A stretch of DNA of 64,000 bases from positions 4,516,783 through 4,580,782 of the forward strand of contig CM082580.2 of the NCBI GenBank assembly GCA_040954595.2. The letters are read 5' to 3'. The stretch comes from Balanoglossus misakiensis. Lineage: Eukaryota; Animalia; Hemichordata. Below are positions 13,901 through 38,780 of the stretch, piece by piece; within the stretch, counting starts at the first letter, position 1, and each line of letters begins with the position of its first letter. Below the pieces are notes generated by a model, which did no database searches, was not told the origin of the DNA, and saw only the letters and a program-made list of their open reading frames with translations. The position numbers and the translations under genes were made by a program.

Positions 13901-14562
13901 ACCTGAAGGTGTCTTTTTAGCGAATATTGCTCCCAATAGACAGTCACGTGTTGTTTTTAATCATCATCTCCGCTTCATTGGTCATATCAATCTTAGGTCG
14001 CCATGGAGATCCTTATAATCATCATGCATGAGTTCCTATCCGTGTGTGCGCTAAACATGGGATAGCACTTTAACAATAATAACACTTAAAATTCCACAAC
14101 AATTCTGACTAAATTTATGATTTACAGCATGACATCATCAAAGATGCAGATCCGACATGCATGTCAATCTTAAAATCCATTGAAAATTGTTGTTCGTTTT
14201 GACAATATTCGAATCCAAGACCATCTGCTCATGGTCATTACTTTTAAAAAAATACATGGAGGAACGTTAACAAGTAAGGAACTACGATCACTAGATAACA
14301 GATCACTGTGGTGTGCACGAAATCTACTGGTAAACGTTCAGTCATTGATTCGACTCAACAAAGATCATTACATTTTCTTTCATGTTCTTTCTTTTTATAA
14401 ATCAATTTCGCAATATTCAGTTTGCTGTTAAGTTTTTAATAAAAAGCAACATGAAAATATATGTATTATTTCCTTCCTTTCCGTACATACGCAACAATCC
14501 AATCATTGAACAAAGAAAATAGTTTAATTTGACCACTTTTGTTTTCATTGTTACACCGAATA

Positions 14563-14645
14563 ATATGAGGTTATTACGAAAATACCGCAAAGTATGCACG
14601 AGGATATTAGCGCCAAGTATCGCCCGATGCGCTGCGCTAATGTCC
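14563..14645 (+). repeat. Fragment of the MITE family seen at 2344-2802
   Basis: GAGGTTATTACGAAAATACCGCAAAGTATGCACGAGGATATTAGCGCC matches that element's end. Confidence 0.7.
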
Positions 14646-15419
14646 ATGTTTGAAGGACACATTTCATGATCCCTTTATACTTACACTAATTGCTTTCCTC
14701 ATTGGCGCTACAACGTCCTTGATTATAATCAAATACAAAAGTACCACCCCGGTATTTTAATTAATTGGTTGAGACTGATCACTCATCTACAGCAGAAGTC
14801 ACGTACATATACGACTCCGTTAGTTTTGCTCATGGAGTTATTATCGATGGGTCATCAACCTAAGTGACCAAACCAAATAAACATGATTTTCTAAATAAAT
14901 AAATACACCAAGTCAAGATAAAACAGGACAATACTTGTGTTTGTGACGTCAACTTGAGCGGGGAAAATGAGCTTCGATCGTTAAATTTACTAACACAGGT
15001 CGTCGAACGTGACTTTAAAATGAGACATTAAAGGTAGAACGTTTCAGAAATCGTATACAATTCTGTCAATAATCGAATTTCTTAATATTTTTAAGCCATT
15101 GGGTGTAGCAGAAGAGATAGTGTTATAAAAGTTTATTGAAAAGCTGGAATCGCAGGCGCAGTTTTGAAGGATATTGCCAATATTTGTTAGTGCACGTCTG
15201 TTTTGTGTGTTCTTGTTTTTGGCAAAATGGAGTAAAAAAAGTCTTCACGAACGTCCTTGGAAGTTCATGTCACGTGACCAATGTACAAAACCATCAGGGT
15301 TTCTTAGATCTGGGTCTTTAAGAAAATATATACTTTGGAGGGAAAGCCCACGGTGTGTAAACAACCATCGGGCGCCACTGATCAGAACTGTTGGATTTTG
15401 GTGCCATGTAAATTGATTC

Positions 15420-15464
15420 ATTTGATTGATTGACTGACTGACTGACTGACTGACTGACTGACTG
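15420..15464. repeat. (TTGA/CTGA)n microsatellite
   Basis: Tetranucleotide repeats read directly. Confidence 0.9.
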
Positions 15465-15901
15465 TAGGAACTTCGATAATTGACAGAGAAATATAATCCG
15501 TCAAAGGTTTATCCTGTTTGTCGCTTGCTTAATTAGTAATTAATAATTAATAAGTACACGCACAGCTAATCTAGCATGCTAGTAAGACACATACAGAGAC
15601 TCGGCACTCACCCAATAAATGAACGAGACACATTCTAATTAATGATTATAACGTGTTCAATGAGCAGAACGGGACTTACAATAAATTAGTGCGATAAAAC
15701 TCCAGCGATCCCAGTGATGAAAAGCTATCACAGCGTGTGTTTTCACATTCCGGGCTGCTATTCTATATCCAACTATTAAGTTGCATAGAACAGGTATAAG
15801 TAGACATTTAATGTATTATACCTAACCTTTGTCGTCACCTTTGTGGCGTTTGTTTTTTTAAACTTATCAACATTGGTACATTTTTTGCTGCATACAAAAG
15901 G

Positions 15902-23571
<7,670 letters not shown>

Positions 23572-24810
23572 AAGGAGGCATTTGGACATATAGCATTTTA
23601 TGGGTGTGGTTTAACATGATGCTAGTCAATGTTAGGTAGACAAGGAAGCTACAGCACAACCTTTAATAATTTAATGTCATCTGTTTAAATGGTTAATAAT
23701 AATATTTCTGAAAAATAAATATATTTCAATGTGAAGATTATTTGCAATATAATTGTGCACTTGTCTGCAGGACAGAAGCACAAAACTAGTTTTGCACCAT
23801 TTTGAATTTGAATGGTAATTTTCCATTTAGAAAAAAAGTATTATGTCATGTCGACTCTAACACATTTGGAAATGTAAAGTGGTGGAAAATGACATTCTAT
23901 GGTCGAAATATATTCTATGACTTTGAACTGGGACTAGTATACATTACGGAGAGATTTTCACAAGAACAGGGATTTTGTCAAGTTTTTGATTTTTCAAGAT
24001 AAAATATATTACATGTACTGATCTCTGACAGAGGATCAATCTCATTTAAGATTCCAATTGTTTTAAACGCTATTTATTGTATTGTATTCTATTGTATAAT
24101 GTATCATACTGTATTGTACTATTAGAGTACAGTACTGTACTGTCTTGATTGTATTGTGTTTACAAGAGATTGTTTTTTATGAATTGAATTAATTACGTTT
24201 TTCCATTTGAACAAGCACTGTCTGTACGAAATATGTATTTAGACTAGTCATCAGGGCAAGGTGAGGGTAGCGTAGATTATGAGTTTCGTGTGGACTTTCC
24301 TTCAAAATTCTGAAAATTTACTTTTCACAGACAAGTGTCACTTTTCAGTATCATATAAATACCAATTTCTGCTCCGCAGTACAAAATCTGCACCTCTAAA
24401 GGGACATAGTCCAAACAATAAAGGTGAATGTGTGGCCATCAGGTTTTATTTTTAACATATACTTTATAATTTATTTTAAAATGCTTGGCATATTTCTCTT
24501 TGTAACGAAAAAACAGTACAACACTACATGTATAATCATTTAAGCTTAAAACATTCCATTTTAAGTTTTTGTGCTCATATAAAAGAAATGATCCACACAA
24601 ACAGTGTGTGGAGTCAACAGACACTGCAATTGTCATTCAGTTAAAAAAAAGCTTCCATACAGAAATAGTTCAATATGGCAGACATTTTACATTGTAAATA
24701 TGAGTTCTACAGTGCTCACTAAGTTATAATTCTGCATCGACTTATGACCATAAATCAATCCTCATGATGAAGAGGTCACAACACGTGAAGAGCACATTTA
24801 GTACTGTTGT

Positions 24811-25222
24811 TAGCCCGGAGACACAGGCATTGATCTAGAATCTAGAATACAACGCCCGGGGACAGTGGAGTAACTTCCTGCTGAGCTGAAAGATAGTAGC
24901 CCTGGCAACGATCAGGGTCGCTTAGTAACGAATGGATAACGAGTGATCTATCAAATGTTGACGGGCGCCAGTGGTTGGATGATATAATTAACAAAGCTTG
25001 GTAAACCACTCCCACATCCCGTTGCGGGAATTTCACACATGACTCCACCTCTATTTCCATATTTAGAATGCGATGATGTCATTTGGTTTACATTGAGTGA
25101 CCAATTAGCTTACACACAAGATTTACCACCCGTGTCGTTCTGCGCACAGAATTCGGTGCGTAAATAGAGACTGTCCCCGGGCGTTCCTTTTCCCCTACTA
25201 CTACGCCTGTGTCTCCGGGCTA
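24811..25222. mobile_element. 412-bp non-autonomous DNA transposon, TAG..CTA termini, 9-bp TSD
   Basis: TIRs TAGCCCGGAGACACAGGC / GCCTGTGTCTCCGGGCTA and subterminal inverted repeat AACGCCCGGGGACAGT. TACTGTTGT occurs at 24802-24810 and 25223-25231. Confidence 0.9.
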
Positions 25223-25487
25223 TACTGTTGTAGTCACAATTCATCTGTCACATAGAGCCGCCAATAACACATTTGACAGAGTGGCAACACACATACACAA
25301 AAAATGCTATGCTATGTGCCATTTATCATGCTAAAAGATCAACCACAATTCAATTCGATGCCTCTGATTCACAGTGATACCGTCGCAGCTGAAGATGGTG
25401 GAGACGGTCAAAGCATCCAGGTCAAAAAATGTCACTCATGCAGTGACGTACATTCGAACTCCTCAAGTCAAGTTCACAGAAAGTACT

Positions 25488-27539
25488 CTACATCCTTGAT
25501 TTCTTTGGTTTAGTCTTTTCACATTTTGCTTGAGAATCCTCCTTGTGTTTGTGTTTCCTCCGATGTTTGGATTTCCGTTTCCCTTCATGTCTATGTTTCT
25601 GTCTGCTGCGACTCTCTTTTTTATGTTTTGAAGTTCTTTTCTGCTGTTTGCTCTGTGTCTTGACACTCTCGTGGTGTTTGCGTCTTTTCCTTCTCTGTCT
25701 GTGGTCTGATGAAATGCCAAGATCGCTGCCATCGCTGTCTGTGGTCGAAGAATCTAACAGAGCTTGTAGTTCTTTTATTCTGTGAGATAAACATAGCAAC
25801 AAAGGTCAGCAAAATCTTGATTTGATTCTACAAACTTTACTGGTATCTCACTTCACAGTCCCATACTGTGTTAACTAAGATGCCACATGACTGACAATAA
25901 AACTCACCTCGCTTCTTTTTTCTTCAATCTGTTTTTGATAATATAGTCATGCATGGGATCTTCATGAGTCTGAACAAACAATAAATATGTACACGTTATA
26001 ATTATTTTGGTGAATGCTTCAGAAACAAACACATACTAAAAATCAGTGGTGAGGCTATATTCACAAGCAGAAAGATATTTGTAATAAGCTGGCTGTTAGT
26101 TGCTCATAGGTGTTGGGTGAAGCACAATGTAAATTAAGTGAGTGGAAAATAAAATTAACACACAAAGCAGACTTTAACTCACCACTCTAAATTGTTCAAT
26201 AACTGTATTTCCCTTTCTAAACATTGGACATTCTCTGTCGCCAGTTCTATGACCATATGCCTTACACCTCCAACCTGAGTAAAAGTAAAAGAGCAAACTT
26301 TAAATTCTGTAAATTGTATCTTGTAAAACACATTGACAAAAACATAAATAGTCTAAATGTTTTCTAGTGGATCTCTGTTAAAATCTAATATCATAAGCCT
26401 AGGGGCACTTACATTGCATAACTTTCACCTCCTTTCCCAGTGGCATCCAGAGTCCCTTGGTTGGAGCTTTAGACAAGAACTCCCTAGCTTTTCTATTTTC
26501 TGGACAATCTGGAATGCTATCTTCTGGTCTTTCCATCTTTCCCTGTAAAAAATGAAATACAGAATCTGTGTAAATTGCATTGTGTAGAGTCAAACATTGA
26601 TCTGTCTTTCATATGATATATACATGTACGGTATACATGTATATTACAATGTATATCGCAAGGCTTGAAGCTACATTTTGCTTTCCCTCTTCCTGATATG
26701 TGCCAAATTAGCATGCCATATAGCTTGAGCTGAATCAAGCCAGTATGTTACTGTTTTATTGTGGTACAGTGTAAGTTACAAGTGTAAGTGTAAAATATCT
26801 AAATATCATACCTTAATATACCCTGGTGGTGCTTTACCATAGCTGGAGAAGGAAAAACAAAATGAAATCATATACTGTAGGTAAAGTGACTATAATTGAT
26901 AATTCCTCATCACATCTACTAATAATTAATTTACATTCCTATGCACATTATACTACATATCAACATACATGTAGTCACTGACTTTGATATTATGAGTTAT
27001 TTTTTACTTAATTTAAAACCAGAAAGTAAAAATGGTAGAGACAAATATCATATTCATAGGAGGCCTATTTCTGTATTGTGGTGAGGTGGGAGACAACAGT
27101 CAACACCCATCCCCTAGCTGTAATGATAGGGTGCTGCTCGGCTGACGTCAGTGGCGATGTTTGTTACTAGCATGACGCGAACAACATCGTCAACCGAGCA
27201 GCCCCCACCCCACCCCGTGGGATAGTGGATGAAACATGGGTCCTCAAATCAAGCAGTGGTCGCGAAACCCCACTGCTGCCACTGGAAAACGACATTTCTT
27301 TCTTGAAACATCATGACGACGATGATTGTTGCCATGCAAGGCAACACTTCCGGGTTGTGTTGTGAATGTGAGAGGCGAGGCCGAGGAGTTGAGACTGTAT
27401 GAAACTATCTCTTGTTTAAATCACTGCTAATAACTAACCTGATATACATGCATACTTACAATGTGTCATAATGTCGTAGTTTCGACACAACCTTGTCATC
27501 TTCTTCCCTCGAACTATTTCTCCGCCTGCGAGTCGCCAT
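25488..27539 (-). CDS. RP9: Retinitis pigmentosa 9 protein homolog (PAP-1, splicing factor)
   Basis: Exons 27539-27460, 26842-26812, 26542-26413, 26274-26183, 25969-25908 and 25779-25488. Conserved motifs: HYDTFYGKAPPGYIK, AREFLSKAPTKGLWMPLGKEVKVMQCWRCKAYGHRTGDRECP (zinc knuckle), HEDPM and a basic K/R-rich tail. Confidence 0.95.
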
Positions 27540-28347
27540 TTTGATAATCACGAACTTTGGGTCACCCTCACTCAACATATGAGGCACGCTAGAGTAAATG
27601 TTGTTTCATGGAAAATAGCAGAAACATAAATTGTCATTTTTCGAAGAGATAAATGTACTTTACAGTTGATGTTTAAAGAATTAATCGCCCAGTGTACATT
27701 TACAGCGACATCATGAATTTCGGTTTGTTTAACTGTGTCGACCGAGGATGTTATTTAACCTTTGACCCCTGATGAAGCGCTGGAAAAACGTGTGATAAAC
27801 AACACCCATTCCCTCAGTTCGGCATCGAGAACCGGGCAGAATGTGTTAGAATTGTTTATGGTTAGTATTCATTCAAATATACACTTGCAGTGTACCCTTG
27901 TGCCACAGCTATGTGGGCCACCCAGCATTCAGAGGTGTGCAAACGGTTTAGTCCAGCGTTCATAGTCATGGAGGTAGAACTGTACGTGTCATCATGGAAG
28001 TAAAAATGTAGAACTTGGAAGCTAGCAGACAGCTGCAGTTCAGTAGCTCGATTTTGCCTTGTATGAGTGTTGAACGTCCAACTCGAGCTAAAACTGCAGC
28101 TGGCAAACAGTTAGCTGCAATGATTGTAGCGGGTGCTAGGTTGCAGCACCCGCTACGATCAATGCAGCTAGCAAACAGTGAGCTGCGCGAAGCTCCGGTT
28201 AAATCTACCGGGGCCTTGATGAGCTGTCATAAACAATAAACACGGTGATGCAACCTGCGCCTTCACTTATTAATAAAGATGATCAACGGTTAAACGCCTG
28301 TTACTTTATTTTTCTCACACACAGCATTCACTATTTGATGGAACAAC
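27540..28347. promoter_or_regulatory. Probable bidirectional promoter between RP9 and OSGEP
   Basis: The divergent start codons are ~810 bp apart. A YY1-like CAAAATGGCG overlaps the RP9 ATG. Confidence 0.6.
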
Positions 28348-33251
<4,904 letters not shown>

Positions 33252-33682
33252 AGAAGAATTACTGAATGTTTATATGTCGGAGGAACTCGGTTTTACTTTG
33301 CCATCTACATGTACTATCTGAGGAATTCCGCTATAAAACAGACCAAGGCTGTAAATGTTACTGTTTTTCATATGCCAAAGAGGCCAAAACACAATGTTTT
33401 CAATTCAGCCAATCCTACTCAAGGAAAAGTATCTCACAATGCAAACATGGAGTGTAGTTCCAAGAGGTGTTGTAAAGTTACCTGTAACATAACCAATGGT
33501 AATATCAGGTTCAGGAGTCTCAGGTCTTCTTGTGCACCTTTTCTGTACAGATAAAGAACACCAGATTCAGAGACTTTTCAGACAAGACGGTTCATTGAAA
33601 TATTCTTTCTCTAGATCATGACAGGGAATAAAGTGTCTTTTATCTCTTAACCCATGTTTGGTGTTTTTTATATGTTGTAATA

Positions 33683-33790
33683 TTAAAGGGACAAAGTCTC
33701 TCTCGCTACCCTTTTTCCATTAATTATGTTTGATACAAGACACCGTTTATGTTATTCTACATGTGGATATATAGTGAATCAACGTTCAAC
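33683..33790 (+). repeat. Single arm of the TTAA-MITE family seen at 60355-60701
   Basis: TTAAAGGGACAAAGTCTCTCTCGCT...GTTATTCTACATGTGGATATATAGTGAATCAA matches that element's left arm. Confidence 0.8.
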
Positions 33791-35991
33791 ATAATCCGGG
33801 CATATGATATATTGGACGCAAGTGTGCGAATATGCACGTATCTGCTCCTGGTAAACACGATAAACCAAATCACGATTTCCCATGGAAATATTTTAAAGGT
33901 AAAACATGTGTTATTTGTTTTGGCGGGGTTATAGTTCTATACTTGTCTCGAATACAGTGTTTTTTTGTAATATTAATGTAATAGCTTGATAAATTGATGT
34001 GAATGTGTGCATGTAGTCAAAAATTTAAAGATGTTGATCCAGTTGAAATAAAATGAAATGCATTGACTAATGCAAATTGAGATTGGTAAAGTGATCACAA
34101 TTTACTGGGCTTATGATGCAAACTAATATACACAGATAATGATTTAAAAATTAACTATCTACGTATCATCGATAACATTAAGCGATTACCATTCTGGAAT
34201 TTTGGTCTCATCTTGCGTGTACCTGGCATAATTGCAAGCATACGAAGGACGAGCTTGCTAAAGGTATAGGTTGCGGTCTACACAACGTTCACACACATCT
34301 TTTTACAAACAACCCCACAAATCGAAACATTGCATCGAAGAACAACAGTGTCACCTTGGTGGAGGGCTGTGGAGTTGGCGAATGAATGAAATCACCTGCG
34401 AATTCGACAAGGGGTCTTTTTGGCGGAAGGACTCCCGCGTTTTGCTGACCTCTCTTTTCAACGGGAATGAAAGGGGTCTCTTGTAAGACATGGAATCCAC
34501 TTTCACGACAGGGGGTGTTGGACGGTCTTTTGTTGATAGCTTTCCAAAGATGACTGGGCTCTTTATGAGATGGGAGGCCTTCGTTGGAAGATTACTCTTG
34601 TTAGATGGCAGCTGTCGTACTTTGTGTCGCAGTGGATATCAACTTACCGGCAAACTGTTCAATGCACGATTTGATCGCTGCAATCTCGATTATCTGTGCT
34701 CCTCTCACGAAAGATGTAAATCTTTTTGCGTCAAAATCATAATATATAATGTGCCTTTCTCGGTGTGTGTATCAACAGTGCTATCGTCGTTACGCTGTAC
34801 GTTCTAAAAGTGAGAATGCTAAAAGTGAGAATGGAGAAATCGTATAGATTAAGATAAACAGTCACTGTGGTACCGAGTGACACAGGATTTAGTTTTGATG
34901 AACGACTCCCTCCTCGAAGACACGACTAAAACGAGTTTCTTTTAAATTAGGGTTTAGCTCCAGTGATAATTATAGGTTAGGCTACTTGTTACTATGATAA
35001 GCGAAGAGCAAGAAAACTATGTGGCAATTCCCTAGTATAATAACCAAAAGAAAACGGCTTACTCTAAGCCACCAGGGCTGTCTTTTTGCAATAATTTCGT
35101 TATATTACTTTTGTTGTGTTATGTTATTTTATTCAATTCCATATTACTGTGTATTGTTACATGTGTACAAGAATGGTTTGTGCAATTATATTTTAGGGTA
35201 CACCCCAAAATATGGCCGTCTCTGTGGAACTTCATATAAACGCTGAGTATTGTTATTATGCTCAGTGAAATTGAAACAAAATCAATAGGAGTTGTTAAAA
35301 CTAATCTATATTGCAATAATAGCCAAAAATTCCACCGGAAATCATTCATCATTTCTCTAATATAAATGAGGCAAACGTTGAGTTTTCGAAGGTCCACGAA
35401 AATGCACGTCACGTAGGGCCTAACCACTGAGTAAATTAAGTTTATACTTTAAGGGGGTCTTCAGACTTCGATAATTGACAGAAAAAATACCTTCCCCGAA
35501 TACAGCCCGTTTTATGTGTCACATCGGAAAATCGGCCTGCATCGCATACTTACTTCGATGCGTCGTTGGCATAGCAACAGTATACTGCAAGTAACAATTA
35601 TCTCAGAAGTTGGCCATCAATTAGGATTTCACTTTGTTTCTCTTCCCGTGGTTATACCGTGATAATTGTTTCCCGCTGCGGCGATTCTGATCATTTTTGT
35701 CGTTTGCTGCGTTATTCACCCACAGCAAATAAAGCACGTGACCCGTCCCAGCTAGCCAATGAAATGTTGTATATCTGCCCGCGGTAGGGCAAGTAGGCGT
35801 CGATGTCAGTTATGCTCTGAACGTGATTGGGTAGGATCTATTATTCTGTTGATTTGACTGCTTACTATTCATACAGACAGCTGCCAGTTCGACTTCCGAA
35901 AAGTATTAAACTCCCCGGATTCACAACGTGATTTAGAACATCTATAAAGCGTGGGCAGAAAGGTTAGATACTGAGCAATTTTGTTGTACTG

Positions 35992-36314
35992 TGGCCCAGA
36001 AGACGATTTCAGCGCTCTGCAACCAAGATTCAGCGCTCGGCAATCAAGTTTCAGCGCTCCGGGACCATTTCAGCGCTCGGCAACCAAGATTCAGCGCTCC
36101 GGGACTTCAACAAGTTTCGGCGCTCCGCAACCAACTTTCACTTTCAGCGCTCTGCGAAGTTATAAAGGGAAAGAGGCTCCACAACTCAATTATTGTTGAA
36201 GTCCCGGAGCGCTGAAACTTGGTTGCGGAGCGCTAAAATGGTCCCGGCGCGCGTAGACTTGATTGTGAAGCGCTGAAACTTGGCTGCGGAGCACTGAAAT
36301 CGTCTTTTGGGCCA
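35992..36314. repeat. Palindromic element built from ~20-bp CAGCGCTC repeats
   Basis: Left arm TGGCCCAGAAGACGATTTCAGCGCTC...GGGACTTCAACAA is mirrored by TTGTTGAAGTCCC...TGAAATCGTCTTTTGGGCCA. Confidence 0.8.
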
Positions 36315-37656
36315 TATTATAACTGCATGAAGTGTTGACTTATATTATTTTTCTCCGCCAATACCAAAAATTGTCACTTCTAAATCGGAGTTATTCTTTT
36401 TGAATGTGGTTACGGTCGTGGTGGAAATAGGGCTGGCCTACTTCTCGTTTTACTGCCAGTGTATGGAAACGGGTGAGACTAAAACGAAGGAAACCGAAGG
36501 AAACCGAAGGAAACTGAAGGACACTGTTTTTTCCATATTTTAGTGCGAATGAAATGGTTTTCTCTATGCTGGTGGCCGAAGGACTGGTTTAGCTTCGAAT
36601 TAAACGCCGAAGGAAAGCGAATGACGCTGATTTATCCATATTTAAGTGCGAAGGAAAAGGTTTTCTCTATGCTGGTGGCCGAAGGACAGGTTTAGTTCGG
36701 TAATTAATTATGCTGGTGGCCGAAGGACAGGTTTAGTTCGGTAATTAAAGCCGAAGGACGGGTGTAGCTCCGTAATTTTGGCCGAAGGAAAGCGAAGGAC
36801 ACTGATTTATCCATATTTTAGTGCGAAGGACGTGGTTTTCTCTATGCTGGTGGCCGAAGGACAGGTTTAGTTCGGTAATTAATTATGCTGGTGGCCGAAG
36901 GACAGGTTTAGTTCGGTAATTAAAGCCGAAGGACGGGTGTAGCTCCGTAATTTTGGCCGAAGGAAAGCGAAGGACACTGATTTATCCATATTTTAGTGCG
37001 AAGGACGTGGTTTTCTCTATGCTGGTGGCCGAAGGACAGGTTTAGTTCGGTAATTAATTATGCTGGTGGCCGAAGGACAGGTTTAGTTCGGTAATTAAAG
37101 CCGAAGGACGGGTGTAGCTCCGTAATTTTGGCCGAAGGAAACCGAAGGACGCTGATTTTTCCATATTTTAGTGCGAAGGACGAGGTTTTCTGTATGCTAG
37201 AGGCCGAAGGACTGGTTTAGCTTCGAATTAAACGCCGAAGGACGGGTGTAGCTCCGTAATTTAGGCCGAAGGAAAGCGAAGGACGCTCATATCTCCATAT
37301 TTTCGGCCGAAGGACGAGGTTTTCTGTATGCTAGAGGCCGAAGGACAAGTGTAGCTCAGTAATTTAGGGCGAAGGAAACCGAAGGACGCTGATTTATCCC
37401 TATTTTCGGCCGAAGGACGAGGTTTTCTGTATGCTAGAGGCCGAAGGACAAGTGTAGCTCAGTAATTTAGGGCGAAGGAAACCGAAGGACAGTCATATTT
37501 CCATTTTTTAGGGCGAAGGAAAAGGAAGGACAGTCATATTTCCATATTTTAGGGCGAAGGACACGATTCTCTCACGATTATCAGAGACTTGGCGTCAGCT
37601 AGTACACGTCTGACCAGAGTTACTGATATCAATGTCGAGATCTTAAGTAGAGTGTC

Positions 37657-37842
37657 ATGTTTACACGAAACAAAACTAAACAAACATACCTCATAGAAAT
37701 GCTATCACTAATTCTACGTAACAATACTTTTGAATTAAACAACAAATTCTACAAGCCAACATGCAGTTGTACCGTGGGCTCAAATGCTTCACCGGGAATA
37801 GCCGACATTACGTTCCATGAACTGGAAATGAAAAACAACTGA
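37657..37842 (+). mobile_element. Penelope-like reverse transcriptase fragment
   Basis: LIEMLSLILRNNTFELNNKFYKPTCSCTVGSNASPGIADITFHELE resembles the PLE RT motif LL..N.F.FN...Y.Q..G..MGS..SP..A...M..LE. Confidence 0.7.
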
Positions 37843-37960
37843 CAAAAAACGATCTCAACACAAGATCACACTATTGATATCCTAATTCCGAGATACAGAG
37901 AGATGGATACTAATGTCCTTCTCCCTAAAATATGGAGAATCACTGTCCTTCGCTTTCCTG

Positions 37961-38780
37961 AGTTAGGTGCGGAATTGTGTCTTATCATGCTCTTTTCACG
38001 TCCATGGTCTTATTGAAGGGGCATTTCTAAACTACATGTATTGTCTAAGGAAGCTAATTTAGCTAATAATGATAAACACGGCTTTTTTCAAGATAATTAT
38101 CACTTTCTAAATATCGTTCTAAACTTTCTAAACTAGCAGCAGTTTAGAAAGTTGGACTACTTGGGCGTTTACAAATGTACGGCGTACACTTTGGAAGTAG
38201 GCTTGGAATGAAGAGAGAGACGGGATGGCCAGTACTTCGGTGGGAAGTCAAATGTGATCTTTGTTTTATTTTAACAGTATATATAGTCGAAGTTCTAACT
38301 CTGACATTTTACAACACCTCATAATGGTAGAACAATGGTGTTAAGACATTGATTAACCTGAGACTTCAGTCGTTGCACAGAACAATGGTGTCATACAAAC
38401 GAAGCCCATATCTCAATAAACTGAGAGGAGTTTTGAGATAAGGCTTGATTTGGGCAATAAACGATTCCCAACATTCTCCCGTCCGCAAATATTGAAATTG
38501 AAATGCACCAATTGAAATCATACATGAAAATTCCGCAAATATTGGAATGGAAATACAGCACTTATATCGTCGGCAGAAAATTTTAGTCGGGGGGGGGGGG
38601 GGTTTCTAAACTGTGGCTAATTTATAAATTTAGAACGATATTTAGAAAGCGATAATTATCGTAGTGATAATTATCCTTAAAACTTAGATAGTTTAGAACT
38701 ATTTAGCTACAGCTAATTTAGCTTTCTACACTTGTAGCTAAACTTTCTAAAAACGATAAAACACAATTCCGCACCTTACT
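37961..38780. mobile_element. Nested 820-bp TIR element interrupting the inner right arm of the foldback element
   Basis: Termini AGTTAGGTGCGGAATTGTGT / ACACAATTCCGCACCTTACT with further internal inverted blocks. Arm repeats lie on both sides (37914-37959 and from 38782). Confidence 0.75.
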
